DNA from: Octopus vulgaris
Taxonomy: Eukaryota
DNA length: 64,000 nt
Reading direction: 5' to 3'
Assembly (NCBI GenBank): GCA_951406725.2
Contig: OX597818.1
Location: forward strand, 56,916,001 to 56,980,000
Part shown: one piece after another, positions 39,801 through 53,840 of the stretch
How positions within the stretch are numbered: position 1 is the first letter of the stretch
How the letters are laid out: each line of letters begins with the position of its first letter
The notes under the pieces: generated by a model
Told to the model about the DNA's origin: nothing
Seen by the model: only the letters and a program-made list of their open reading frames with translations
Database searches by the model: none
Made by a program: the position numbers and the translations under genes

Positions 39801-40074
39801 GGTAAAGTATAATACACAGATGGTTTTTCTACCGTCGTCGTGTAGTTTTTATAATAGTAATTAGCCTTAGAAACGGTGATGCCATTTCATTTTGTCACCG
39901 ATTGTGATATCTCACATATAGACACGGCTGCTTTTCCACAAGCTGGGTTTGTGTCTGTTAGATCAAAGAATTTGCCAAATATATGGAGATGTTTTAATCA
40001 AAGTTAAGCTTCTCGAAAATCATATCGATTGATGTTCTTAGAAATACCATTTTCAATAACATTATGAATTATAC

Positions 40075-40267
40075 AGTTTTTATATTTAAGAGATGAGGAA
40101 TTATGTACATTATTTACGTTATTTACATTATTTACATTTGACGGATATTTGTCCTCATCTTGTTTGTTGTTAACACAACATTTTGGCTGATATACCCTCC
40201 AGCCTTCTTCAGGTGTCTTGGGGGAAATTTTGAATCTGGGTTCACATTCCTAAGGTATTTTTTGTTC

Positions 40268-40361
<94 letters not shown>

Positions 40362-40445
40362 CATTATGCAAGTTACTGCCTGGAATCAAATTCAGAATCT
40401 TGTGGTTAGTAGCCCGCACTCTTAACACTATGCCATATGCTGCAG
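40075..40445 (-). mobile_element. Full-length H1 composite element: tRNA-like head + (AAT)n + hammerhead-bearing body + (AATGTAAAT)n tail
   Basis: Head with A-box-like TGGCATAGTG and decayed B-box at 40370-40440; decayed hammerhead at 40172-40217; same order at 61832-62018. Confidence 0.7.
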
Positions 40446-40873
40446 CCTGAATAATAATAATAATGATAATAATAATAATAATAATAATGATAATAATAAT
40501 AATGATAATAATAATAATAATAATGATAATAATAATAATAATAATACTAATGATAATAATAATAATAATGATAATAATAATAATGATAATAATAATAATA
40601 ATAATGATAATAATAATAATAATAATGATAATAATAATAATGATAATAATAATAATAATAATGATAATAATAATAATGATAATAATAATAATAATAATAA
40701 TAATGATAATAATAATAATGATAATAATAATAATAATAATGATAATAATAATAATGATAATAATAATAATAATAATAATAATGATAATAATAATAATGAT
40801 AATAATAATAATAATAATGATAATAATAATAATAATAATACTAATGATAATAATAATAATAATAATAATAATA

Positions 40874-41335
40874 AGGGCTACAGCAAATATTCTGCTCAAT
40901 ACCACAGATTTGCTTGTCAGTTGTTTGGCCTTAACCAGTTGAGCATGTCCCTTAGTGGCTGACGATATGTGCATCTCCGATCACGAGCAGAAGTAGTGGG
41001 GGAGCATCATGGCCATGTGTTGAGAGGGATTCTTTGGGGTTTGAATAATTCACCTCTGGAAACATAGGTGTTTCGTTCAACATCCTAAAGCAACCCTTAT
41101 TCAGGGACCTTTTGAGCAGGATGGGCTACTCAACCTGAAGAAAATTCTAACTGGGCTCCACCTGCAAGGTCATGTGCTGTTTATCTTGATATGAGATCAC
41201 CATGTCGCGCACATATGGTTGTGATGCATGTGCCTGGTGTACCTTTATCAGACGGGTAGTCATGATGGGTATATTGGGCTTCGTATATTTTACCCCAGTG
41301 TCACTTTGATGGCATGAACTGCTCTCTCACTCAAT
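40874..41335 (+). mobile_element. Family D repeat embedded in a (TAA/TGA)n array
   Basis: Reverse complement of 47295-47760; microsatellite on both sides. Confidence 0.85.
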
Positions 41336-41408
41336 AATAATAATGATAATAATAATGATAATAATAATAATAATAATGATAATAATAATAATAATGATAA
41401 TAATAATG

Positions 41409-41451
<43 letters not shown>

Positions 41452-41619
41452 TACCATCGTACCACTGGCATGGGTACCATTTTTATGATACTGGGGTGCT
41501 TTTACATGCCACTGGCACATGTGCCACTTTGTGAGACACCAGTATCTGTCATGATTGCAATTTTGCTTGGCTTGATGGGTCTTCTTCTCAAGCACGACAT
41601 AATACCAAAGGTCTCAGTC

Positions 41620-42235
41620 ATTGCCTTTGTGGGGTCCAACACTTTAAAGGAACTCAGCCACTTTGCCTCTGTGAGGCCCAAACTCGAAAGGAACTCAACC
41701 ACTTTGCCTCCGTGAGGCCCATTGCTTGAAAGGAACTCAGCTACTTTGCCTCCGTAAGGCCCAACGCTCAAAAGGAACTCAGTCACTTTGCCTTCATGAG
41801 GCCCAAACTCGAAAGGAACTCAACCACTTTGCCTCCGTGAGGCCCATTGCTTGAAAGGAACTCAGCTACTTTGCCTCCGTAAGGCCCAACGCTCAAAAGG
41901 AACTCAGTCACTTTGCCTTCATGAGGCCCAAACTCGAAAGGAACTCAACCACTTTGCCTCCGTGAGGCCCATTGCTTGAAAGGAACTCAGCTACTTTGCC
42001 TCCGTAAGGCCCAACGCTCAAAAGGAACTCAGTCACTTTGCCTTCATGAGGCCCAAACTCGAAAGGAACTCAACCACTTTGCCTCCGTGAGGCCCAATGC
42101 TTGAAATGACCTTAACCACTTCGCCTCTGTGAGGCCCAACACTCAAAAGGAACTCAACCACTTCGCCTCCGTGAGGGCCAATGCTTGAAATGACCTCACC
42201 CACTTTGCCTCCGTGGGGCCCAATGCTCAAAAGGT
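41620..42235. repeat. About 40-bp tandem repeat with about 121-bp higher-order trimer
   Basis: CTTTGCCTCCGTGAGGCCCAA...AAGGAACTCA units; monomer-like sequence occurs singly at about 35625, 53140 and 61380 at one end of family C. Confidence 0.9.
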
Positions 42236-42343
42236 GCTCCCAAATAACATTTCACAAAGAAAATTTTACATTCCATTTTTGATTTATATATTTTTAGATT
42301 TATTATCAATCATACAATTTGCTTTCTCTCTCTTTTTCTACAG

Positions 42344-42494
42344 ACCTTCTTATGACTGGATGCGTTGTATGTCTGTGCGAAATTCCTCTGTTCGACATTC
42401 CAGAAAAGTTTCTCTTGTATTTGACCATTTAAAACCAGAAGAATTGGCTGAACAACTGACGTGTTTAGAATATAAAGTCTTTCGTAGAATTAAT
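42344..42494 (+). CDS. RASGRP: RasGRP exon, REM-CDC25 linker and start of CDC25 (PSYDWMR...RKVSLVFDHLKPEELAEQLTCLEYKVFRRIN)
   Basis: PSYDWMR and RKVSLxFDHLxPxEL are RasGRP-diagnostic; CTACAG acceptor, T|GTGAGT donor, phase 2-0. Confidence 0.96.
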
Positions 42495-42655
42495 GTGAGT
42501 AAAACACATAATTTTCAGTTCTTTTGCTTTCCAGAGTAGAATATAGGAATTATTGATTTACGTTCACTTTGATATTATAAGTCTTTCAACTGAAGGATTC
42601 GTCTTTCATATATAATGCCTGAAACTGAAGTATGTCATTCGAAAAATCAATATAC

Positions 42656-42762
<107 letters not shown>

Positions 42763-42776
42763 CATATGCATATATT

Positions 42777-42862
<86 letters not shown>

Positions 42863-43043
42863 CATACATATATTCATACATATATTCATGCATATATGTA
42901 TGCACACACACATACATATCTATATATACATTTCCTTTTATGTGCTTGTATATCTACCTGTCGATATACACACTCATACATATATGTATATGTGTGTATA
43001 TATCTAATTGCCTATGTATCTTATCTCTCTGCATATCTATCTG

Positions 43044-43080
<37 letters not shown>

Positions 43081-43266
43081 ATATATATATATATGTGTGT
43101 GTGTGTATGTGTATATATATGTGTATGTGTATATATATATATGTATGTATATATGTATGTATATATGTGTATATATATGTATGTATGTATTTATTTATTT
43201 ATGTATGTATGTATATATATATATGTATATATATATATATGTGTATATATATATATATGTAGAATA

Positions 43267-43303
<37 letters not shown>

Positions 43304-44574
43304 GAATAATATGTATATCTGTAGGCGTAGGTATGGCTATGCAGTAGGAAGTTTGCTTCTCGGCCACATGGTTCTGGGTTCAATCTCACTCCGAGGCACC
43401 TTGAACAACTGTCTTTTACTGTGGCGTTGGGCCGATTCAGGGCTTTGTGAATGGATTTGGTAAATGGAAACTGAAAGAAACCTATCATATGTGAATGCGT
43501 GTGTGTGTATGTGTGTATATCTGTTCACCCCCCCGTCACCACTTGATGATCGGTGTTGGTGTGTTTATATCCCCCATCACTCAGTGGTTTGACAGAAGAG
43601 GCTGATTGAATAGGTACCAGGCTTAAAAAGTAGAAATTAGTACTGGGGTCAGTTCTTCAAAGCGGTGTCCCAGCACTTAAACAAACAACAGGTAAATAAT
43701 AAAAGATACCTTGGTTCAATGGAAAATAATGATTGGATGATAGAATTTTTGAATCCTGTCACAAATTTGAGTTTATAATGATTGTCATTAAAAACTTAAC
43801 TATTCATTTGTCATATGGGCACTGGTTTGGGTGAATGGTTAAGAAGCTTGCTTTCCAACTGTATGGTTATGGGTTCAGTCCCACTGTGTGGCAGCATAAG
43901 CTAATGTTTTCACAATGATGGGTAAGGGTGATTCGGTGATGGTCTAGGGCTTAGGGGTGAGAGACCCTAGATCTTGGAAAAAATAAAACTTTGGTTGTCT
44001 TGTTGTAGCCGAGAGCTCTTCGTTGACGCCCGACACCACTGGGAGGTGGCCCTTGAAGTCGCTGGAAATGGAGATCTCCAGGTCCAAATTCTTGGATGGC
44101 TGCTAGCATGGGTGGAATGGCAAAAGCCCGCACCAGATTTCTATGACTGTTTGGAAGGGTTTTTGCAGCAGGATGCCTTTTCTAATATCAACCACTCAGC
44201 AGAGTGGATTTAGTGATTTTTATGTGGCACATCACAGGTGAGGTCAGTTTTGGCAAGGTTTTTACAACACTATACCCTTCCAAACACCAACCACTTTACA
44301 GTGTGGACTGGGTGCTTTAAGTGGCACCTGCACTGACAGGACCACCTTGCAAGACAAAAGAAAATAACTTTCAAGAGAGGAGGGTCATTAGGGGGAGGTG
44401 ATCTCGTGATGGATGAGGAAAGGTTATAGCGAGACAGAGAGACAGAAACAGGTGTCTTGCTGTAGAGGAAGTACAAGGTTACCTGACCGGAGAGAGAGAG
44501 AGAAAGAAAGAAAGAGAGAGATCAGGAACGAAGACAGAAACAGGTGTGCTATCGTAATATCTATCTAATCTATG

Positions 44575-46011
<1,437 letters not shown>

Positions 46012-46104
46012 CAACAATTGAGGGTAAAATTAATTAATTAATCAATTTCACCAAGTGTTCAGTATGTAAAAGGACCATTTAAGGCGAATTCAAAATATTA
46101 CATT

Positions 46105-46207
46105 ATATAATTAGGGCTTAGTAAAATAAATTACTTTGCCACATACTGAACAAAGTATGTGTTCAGTATGTGGCAAAGTAATATATTTTACTAAGCCCTA
46201 ATTATAT
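46105..46207. repeat. Near-perfect hairpin, 48-bp arms, 7-nt loop
   Basis: 46105-46152 is the reverse complement of 46160-46207 with one mismatch. Confidence 0.92.
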
Positions 46208-46370
46208 CATATATATATATATATATATATATTACAGAGATTGAAGACAGTATACATACATCATACACACACACATACATACATAAATACAAACAAACAA
46301 AACACCTTAAAACCCTTTTCTATTCTCTGAAAACTGTTTACATTCATTTTGCTTTTGTTTTCCTTTCCAG

Positions 46371-46544
46371 TTCACTGACTTTAAAAATTACGCTTTAACT
46401 GCCTCTCTCAAAGAGAATCCTAAATTAGAACGATCCATAGCTCTATTCAACGGACTTTCCCAATGGGTGCAGTGCATGGTCCTCAACAGGACAACACCAG
46501 CTCAAAGGGCAGAGGTCATTGTGAAATTTATTAATGTGGCACAA
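46371..46544 (+). CDS. RASGRP: RasGRP exon, CDC25 domain (FTDFKNY...[44 protein letters not shown])
   Basis: 174 nt, phase 0-0, TTCCAG acceptor and A|GTAAGA donor; strong match to RasGRP ENPTMERSIALxNGISQWVQ. Confidence 0.96.
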
Positions 46545-46743
46545 GTAAGATGCTTACTATTTCTTTACTATGTTATCTTATCTATTTTTATTATTATTAT
46601 TATTATTATTATAATTATTATTATATTTATTATTATTATTATAATTATTATTATATTTATTATTATTATTATAATTATTATTATATTTATTATTATTATT
46701 ATAATTATTATTATATTTATTATTATTATTATAATTATTATTA

Positions 46744-46796
<53 letters not shown>

Positions 46797-47231
46797 TTTA
46801 TCATGTGCTTTCACTGCACTACCGAGCTCAGCTCTGTGTCCCTTGCGTATGTGCTGTGGTTTGTTGTGGTACTCATGCTTTTACAGTATTGAAAGTGTTT
46901 TATGTAGGATGTGTGCAGTGCCTAGTAGTGCTATTTTCTGTATGTTATATATATTTGTTTGTCCTGGTGTTTTTGTTATGTATTTGTCTGAATATTATTA
47001 TTATTAACAACAATTGCAACGTGGAAGGTGTTTATAAGCCATTTAAAAACACACAAAAACCGTGAGATTCACTTCAACATTTAAATTTAATTTGTGAAAA
47101 TATTTTCATCGTTTTGAGACTGCGACCTGTTCACTGTTGATTTTGGTAGTATCGTCATCCTTGTGGTAGACTTAGAGTAATAAAGAACACATCCAGCACT
47201 ACATATTCTGAATGCACCATTAGTAGAAAGG

Positions 47232-47280
<49 letters not shown>

Positions 47281-47294
47281 TTATTATTATTATT

Positions 47295-47760
47295 GAGTGA
47301 GAGAGCAGTGCATGCCATCAAAGTGACACTGGGGTGCAAATATACGAAGTCCAGTATACCCATCAGGACTACCCGTCTGATAAGGGTACACCAGGCACAT
47401 GCATCATAACCATATGTGCGCGACATGGTGATCTCATAACAAGATAAACAGCGCATGACCTTGCGGGTGGGGCCCAGTTAGAATTTTCTTCTGGTTGGGT
47501 AACCCATCCCACTCAAAAGGTCCCTGATTAAGGGTTGTTTAAGGATGTTGAACGAAACACCCATGTTTCCAGAGGTGAATTACTCAAACCCCAAATAATC
47601 TCTCTCAACACATGGCTATGATGCTCCCCCACTACTTCTGCTCGTGATCAGAGATGCACATATCGTCAGCCACTAAGGGACATGGTCAACTGGTTAAAGT
47701 CAAACAACTGACAAGCAAATCTGTGGTATTGAGCAGAATATTTGCTGTAGCCCATCTTTT
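47295..47760 (-). mobile_element. Family D repeat embedded in (TTA)n
   Basis: (TTA)n on both flanks. Confidence 0.85.
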
Positions 47761-48142
47761 ATATTACTATTATTATTATTATTATTATTATTATTAAGAG
47801 AGGCATTGCTGTTCCTGAAAAAATTGGGTTTAAAGGTACAAATGATCTTCCTAAACCCTAATGATAGGTTGCAGGTACAGGATGTGAACAACAACATAAA
47901 GGCAATACCTTTAAACAAGCTATGATTCAGAGTAGGTTGGGTAGCATGCTATTCACTTCCAAGCAGTTGTGTTCGGCTTTTTTGTGGTGCTTTGCTTAAC
48001 CTTTTGGGGTGAGTGATGGGCTGGAGTCCACATAGATTTTGGTTCCTACCTCCAAGACCTGCTGTAAACATTGGTAGCGAATGTGAATTATTTCAAAAGG
48101 CTGATAACAGTCACTGAGATATGAGAGATGGCAACTAAGAAA

Positions 48143-48560
48143 TGGCAGCGAGCTGGCAGAACTGTTATCACGTCGGGCGAAATGATTTGTGGTGTTTTGT
48201 CCGCCGCTACATTCTGAGTTCAAATTCCGCCGAGGTCGACTTTGCCTTTCATCCTTTCAGGGGTCGATAAATTAAGTACCAGTTACTCACTGGGGTCGAT
48301 ATAATCGACTTAATCCATTTGTCTGTCCTTGTTTGTCCCCTCTGTGTTTAGCCCCTTGTGGGTAGTAAAGAAATAGGTATTTCGCCTGCTGCTACGTTCT
48401 GAGTTCAAATTCCGCCGAGGTCGACTTTGCCTTTCATCCTTTCGGGGTCGATTAAATAAGTACCAGTTACGCACTGGGGTCGATATATTCGACTTAATTC
48501 GTTTGTTTGCCCTTGTTTGTCCTCTCTGTGTTTAGCCCCTTGTGGGTAGTAAGGAAATAG
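48143..48560 (+). mobile_element. SINE family B dimer
   Basis: Head GGCAGCGAGCTGGCAGAA, junction AAAGAAATAG|GTATTTCG at about 48377. Confidence 0.85.
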
Positions 48561-48725
48561 GATATGAGAGATAGCAACTAAGATGGGTTGGTATATCACC
48601 TGATATTTCCATTAAAAGCTTCATTAGCCATCACACACACACACACATTTTTGTATAAACACACACATGTACATACGTTCATGCACAAACTCATGTGTAT
48701 CTATCTATCTCTACCTATCATACTT

Positions 48726-48768
<43 letters not shown>

Positions 48769-49908
48769 CACATAGGATGGTCTTTTGCTGTCTCAGTCAT
48801 TAGCATTAGAATTAACAATGGAGTGTATTCAATTTTGCAAATGAGGTGAGTTGAATGCATAATGAAGGAGTGTTTTAGAAATTCCAGGTAAATTATGAAG
48901 GAGAGGCATTGTTTAGCACCAATCCTGGATGCGAAACATAAAGTAGATAACAAAAGCCACAGAGATAGGAATGGGCAATATGGGGGAATTACGGAGATAG
49001 AAATATGTAAATGAATATTCTAAGATGAGTAATAGGTGCAGGCGTGGCTGTGTGGTAAGTGGCTTGCTTCCCAACCACATGGTTCCAGGTTCAGTCCCAC
49101 TGCATGGCACTTTGGGCAAAGTGTCTTCTACTATAGCCTCGGGCCGACCAAAGCCTTGTGAGGAGATATGGAAGACCGGAAGTGGAAGGAGCCCGTCATA
49201 TATGTGTGTGTGTGTGTGTGTGTGTTTGTCCTTCCCCACCACCTTCGCTTGTCAGCCTGATGAATTCAGAACAAAGTGTTAAGAGCTGGAAGAATAATGG
49301 TACCAAGTCTTGTGAGTGGATTTGGTAGATGGAAACTGAAAGAAGCCCATTGTGTGTGTGTGCGTATCATCATCGTTTAACGTCCGTTCTCCATGCTAGC
49401 ATGGGTTGGACGGTTCGACCGGGGATCTGGGAAGCCAGAAGGTTGCACCAGACTCCAGTCTTATCTGGCAATGTTTCTACAGCTGGATGCCCTTCCTAAC
49501 GCCAACCACTCCGTGAGTGTAGTGGGTGCTTTTTACGTGCCACCTGCACAGGTGCCAGGCGAGGCTGGCAACAGCCACGATCGGATTGGTGTATTTTACT
49601 TGCCATCGGCACGGAGGCCAGTCGAGGCGGCGCTGGCATCGGCCACGAGTCGGATAGTGCTTTTTACGTACCACCAGACCAGGGATCCTGGCTGGTTCAA
49701 TTCGATTTCGATTTCGCTTGCCCCAACATGTCTTCGCAAGCAAAGGGGGTTGGCATGGGTGCCTGTCGTCGGATGAGGTTCTATATCGAATATATATATA
49801 TATATGTAGGTCCCGGGTTGAGTCGGGGTAAACCACAGTAAATAAGGTACTCAATACATAGCAGAGTAAAGTAATTTATTTTATAGAAGGAGCTTCTACA
49901 GGACTAGA

Positions 49909-49957
<49 letters not shown>

Positions 49958-50124
49958 CATACACACGCATACATATACACACATATACATACACATATAT
50001 ATATATAGTTTTATGGCACTCCGTTGGTTACTATGACGAGGGTTCTAGATGATCCAATCAATGGAGCAGGCTGCTCGTGAAATTAATGTGCAAGTGGCTG
50101 AATACTCCACAGACACACGGCATG

Positions 50125-50290
50125 AAGCAAGAAGGCTTGGCAAGCCTTCGCTTTTCTTCGGCCAGTATGGAAGTCCACTGCCATCTCAACTCGAACTAAA
50201 CTCCGCTTATTTAGTTCAAACATGAAATCTGTGCTTTTCTATGGCTCTGAAACATGGAGAGCCACCTGCAGCAACTACAAGAAGATTAAA
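50125..50290 (+). mobile_element. RTE-like LINE fragment
   Basis: KKAWQAFAFLRPVWKSTAISTRTKLRLFSSNMKSVLFYGSETW. Confidence 0.8.
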
Positions 50291-50480
50291 ATAATTTAGA
50301 AGGACTTAAATGAATTAATGCTGAAATAATTAGTACTAAACGAAGCAGCTAATTGTGTGATTAGGCTGGTTATGGGATTTACATCAAAGAAGTTGAGTAA
50401 CAGAGTCAACACGGATGAAGGAGAGTTGGGGAAAAAGGGAAACAGTGGTAGTTAAATGAATCAATAAGATTGGTTTAAAC

Positions 50481-51315
50481 CAGGCCTAACGAACTTGAAT
50501 TACATTGCAGGCCTCTTTAATCACAGAAAGTTTTTTAAGGGCTGCTTGTGTACTTTATGCAATAATTGTCAAATAATCAGATTACAGAATCAAGAATTTT
50601 TTATACTTTGCGTTCGTTTAAAATGATAAAATTGTAGGCTGTTGTTTTATTGTCACTTTTAAATTTTAAATTTATTTTGAGACAAATGTCTTGCGCAAAC
50701 AATTTTATTTTGAAATTAAGCACAAATACTTCAAGTGAGTATCAAGTGGGCTGCAAGATAAAAGCCTATCGGTCTCTTTTGCCGAACTGCTAAGTTATGG
50801 GGATGTAAAACATCAGCATCGGTTGTCAAGCAATGTTGTGGGGACAAACACAGACACACAAACATATACACACACATACATAAATATATACATATATACG
50901 ACAGCCTTTTTTCAGTTTCTGTCTACCAAACCCACTCACAAGGCTTTGATCGGCCTGAGGCTATACTAGAAGACACTTGCCCAAGGTGCCACGCAGTGGG
51001 AATGAACCCAGAACCATGTGGTTTGTAAGCAAGCTACTTACCACACAGCCCCTCCTGCGCTTGTGTACTTTATTCAAATAATCAGATTACAGAATCAAGA
51101 ATTTTTTATACTTTGCATTTGTTTAAACTGATAAAATTGTAGGCTGTTGTTTTATTGTCACTTTTAAATTTAAATTTTATTTTGAGACAAATGTTTTATA
51201 CAAACAATTTTATTTTGAAATTAAGCACAAATACTTCAAGAAAGTATCAAGTGGGCTGTATGATAAAAGTCTGTGGGCCGCATGTGGCCCCTGAGCCTCA
51301 GGTTGGTCAGCCTTG
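50481..51315. mobile_element. hAT-type non-autonomous element with nested SINE A (50768-51060, minus)
   Basis: 8-bp direct repeat GTTTAAAC at 50473-50480 and 51316-51323; CAGG...CTTG termini; subterminal GGGCCGCATGTGGCCC. Confidence 0.7.
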
Positions 51316-51850
51316 GTTTAAACCTTTTAGCATTCAGATTGTTCTGTCAAATGTAATGCTAATTTCTATCTTTTAATTGCTTCAGTCATTGGACTGTGGC
51401 CATGCTGGGGCACTGCCTTGAAGAATTTTTCGTTGAATGAACTGACCCCGATATTTATGTGCATTTTAAGCCTTGTTTATATACTATTGGTCTCTTCTGG
51501 TGAACCGTTAAGTTATGGGGATGTAAACACATGAACACCGGTTGCTAAGCAGTAGTAGGGGACAAATACTGACACAAAGATACACACACATGCATGTGCT
51601 CCCCCCCCCCCCACTTTGTGACAATTCTTCTGATTCTTTATGTTTTGAGTTCAAATCCTACCAAGGCTAACTTTACTTTTCCTTCTTTCCTGGTTAATAT
51701 AACGAAGAACCTGGGGTTGATGTGACCAACTAACTCCCTCTCGCTAAAACCATTATCCTTGCGCTAAAATTTGAAACTGTTCTTATTTTAATCCTTTTTT
51801 TTTTCCCCAAAATTATTTTTTAATCTATATTTTTACAAATTATTTTCCAG

Positions 51851-52065
51851 AAACTTCGAAATTTACAGAATTTCAATACTTTAATGGCTGTGGTTGGTGG
51901 CCTAACTCACAGTGCTTTGGCTCGACTTAGCAAGACCAATGCATGTTTGTCTTCAGATACACAGAAACTCCTCATAGAATTGACAGAATTATTGTCTACC
52001 AATAACAATTTTAGTAATTACCGGCGCCAATATCTACAGTGTACGGGTTTTCGAGTACCTATATT
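51851..52065 (+). CDS. RASGRP: RasGRP exon, CDC25 domain (KLRNLQNFNTLMAVVGGLTHSALARL...NYRRQYLQCTGFRVPIL)
   Basis: 215 nt, phase 0-2; LQNFNTLMAVxGGLxHS RasGEF signature; TTCCAG acceptor and T|GTAAGT donor. Confidence 0.97.
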
Positions 52066-53432
52066 GTAAGTGGACACACTGTTCTTTCTTACTAATTGCA
52101 GACTATTTTTGTCATGTTTTTTTTCATTTTTTTAAAAACTTTCATAGGTGTGGTACCTTAACGATGTATTGTTATTCTTTTCTTTTTCCTTCTCTTCTTT
52201 TGTTAATGATTATCATCATCATCATCATCATTTAAAATTTAACATTTGGTTTCCATGCTGGCAAGGTTTATATGGTTTCGACAAGAGCTGGCATGCCAGA
52301 GGACTGCACCAAGCGCGGTTGTCTGCCTTGGCATGGTTTTTACGACTGGATGGTTTTCCTAATGCCAATCACTTTATAGTATACAGGGTGCTTTTTATGT
52401 GGCACCAGCACCAGAAGGGTTGCCAAGTTACTTGCAAGAAATGGATCCTTTGGATGGGAAGATGAGTGGTACTGAGGGAGGTGGCTTTGTGTTGGTTGAG
52501 AGGGTTAATGTATAATAGAAGGATAGAGGACTGAGGACTTGATGGGGATGCTGGGGTTGCAGGAATTGGTGGAATGGCTGGCAAGGGTGAATGGATTGTG
52601 GTGGTATGGGCATGTGTTGAGGAGGGACGAGGAGCATGTTCTGGGCAGGGTGCTTGAGGTTGAGGTAAATGGACCGTGAAAGTAAGGTAGATAAGGAAAA
52701 CTTGGAGGGGACAGGTAGAGGAGGAGATTGGGATGGTTGGCTTAAGAAGGGAGGATGCCCAAAACCGGGTGAGATGGCAAGATGGTGTGTGGACGGTTGC
52801 TATGGTATTGAAGTAGATCCGGTCACCCCCATTAACGGGGACAAAAGCTGGATTTAAAACACTGGAGAGATAGGTGTCTTATGATGGAAGAGATACTCAG
52901 TTACCCCAGTAGGAAAAAAAAAGGAGAGGAAAGAGAGATAGGGGCACTGGCCATGGCTACAATCTCGATTTCACTTGACTCAACAGGTCTTCTCAAGCAT
53001 ATCATATCGCCCGATGCTTCAAGGGGACTTTTAAATGGGCCGGTCATACAACACTGGCATCGGCCATGGCTGCAATCTCACTTTAGTTGCTCGATCTTCT
53101 CGATCACAGCATATCTCCAAAGGTTTCGGTCTCTTGTCATTGCCTCTGTGAGGCAACGTTGAAAGCTGAGTCAATGGAGAAGAGTCCCAACTAGATGAAA
53201 TCTCCAAGCAGTTTAAATGCATAAGGCTCCGATATCCAAGTGGCTAAAATTTGTCAGTAGAGAGGCATCCAAGAGTCATAACCAGGATGTGGCCTGACCC
53301 CCCTTAGAGTGTAAGAAATCAAGGGCTAAAACACTTGCCTCAGGCAGATTTCTTCTCTGAAGACCTTCTGCTATGCAGCTCCCTTGAGAATTTCTTACCA
53401 TTATTTCATATTTTTAACATAACAATTCTATA

Positions 53433-53840
53433 GGCGCAGGAGTGGCTGTGTGGTAAGTAGCTTGCTAACCAACCACACGGTTCCGGGTTCAGTCCCACTG
53501 CGTGGCATCTTGGGCAAGTGTCTTCTGCTATAGCCCCGGGCCGACCAATGCCTTGTGAGTGGATTTGGTAGACGGAAACTGAAAGAAGCCTGTCGTATAT
53601 ATGTATATATATATATATGCGTGTGTGTTTGTGTGTCTGTGTTTGTCCCCCTAGCATCGCTTGACAACCGATGCTGGTGTGTTTACGTACCCGTCACTTA
53701 GCGGTTCGGCAAAAAGAGACCGATAGAATAAGTACTAGGCTTACAAAGAATAAGTCCCAGGGTCGATTTGCTTGACTAAAGGCGGTGCTCCAGCATGGCC
53801 GCAGTCAAATGACTGAAACAAGTAAAAGATAAAGATAAAG
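53433..53840 (+). mobile_element. SINE family A, full length, young-looking
   Basis: High identity to 22464-22870. Confidence 0.9.

Noticed and set aside
40132-40974. Poly-Ile/poly-Asn ORFs; likewise poly-His/Ser/Met/Asp ORFs at 1661-2257, 27072-27993, 39333-39864, 54241-54586
   Set aside because: Translations of trinucleotide microsatellites.
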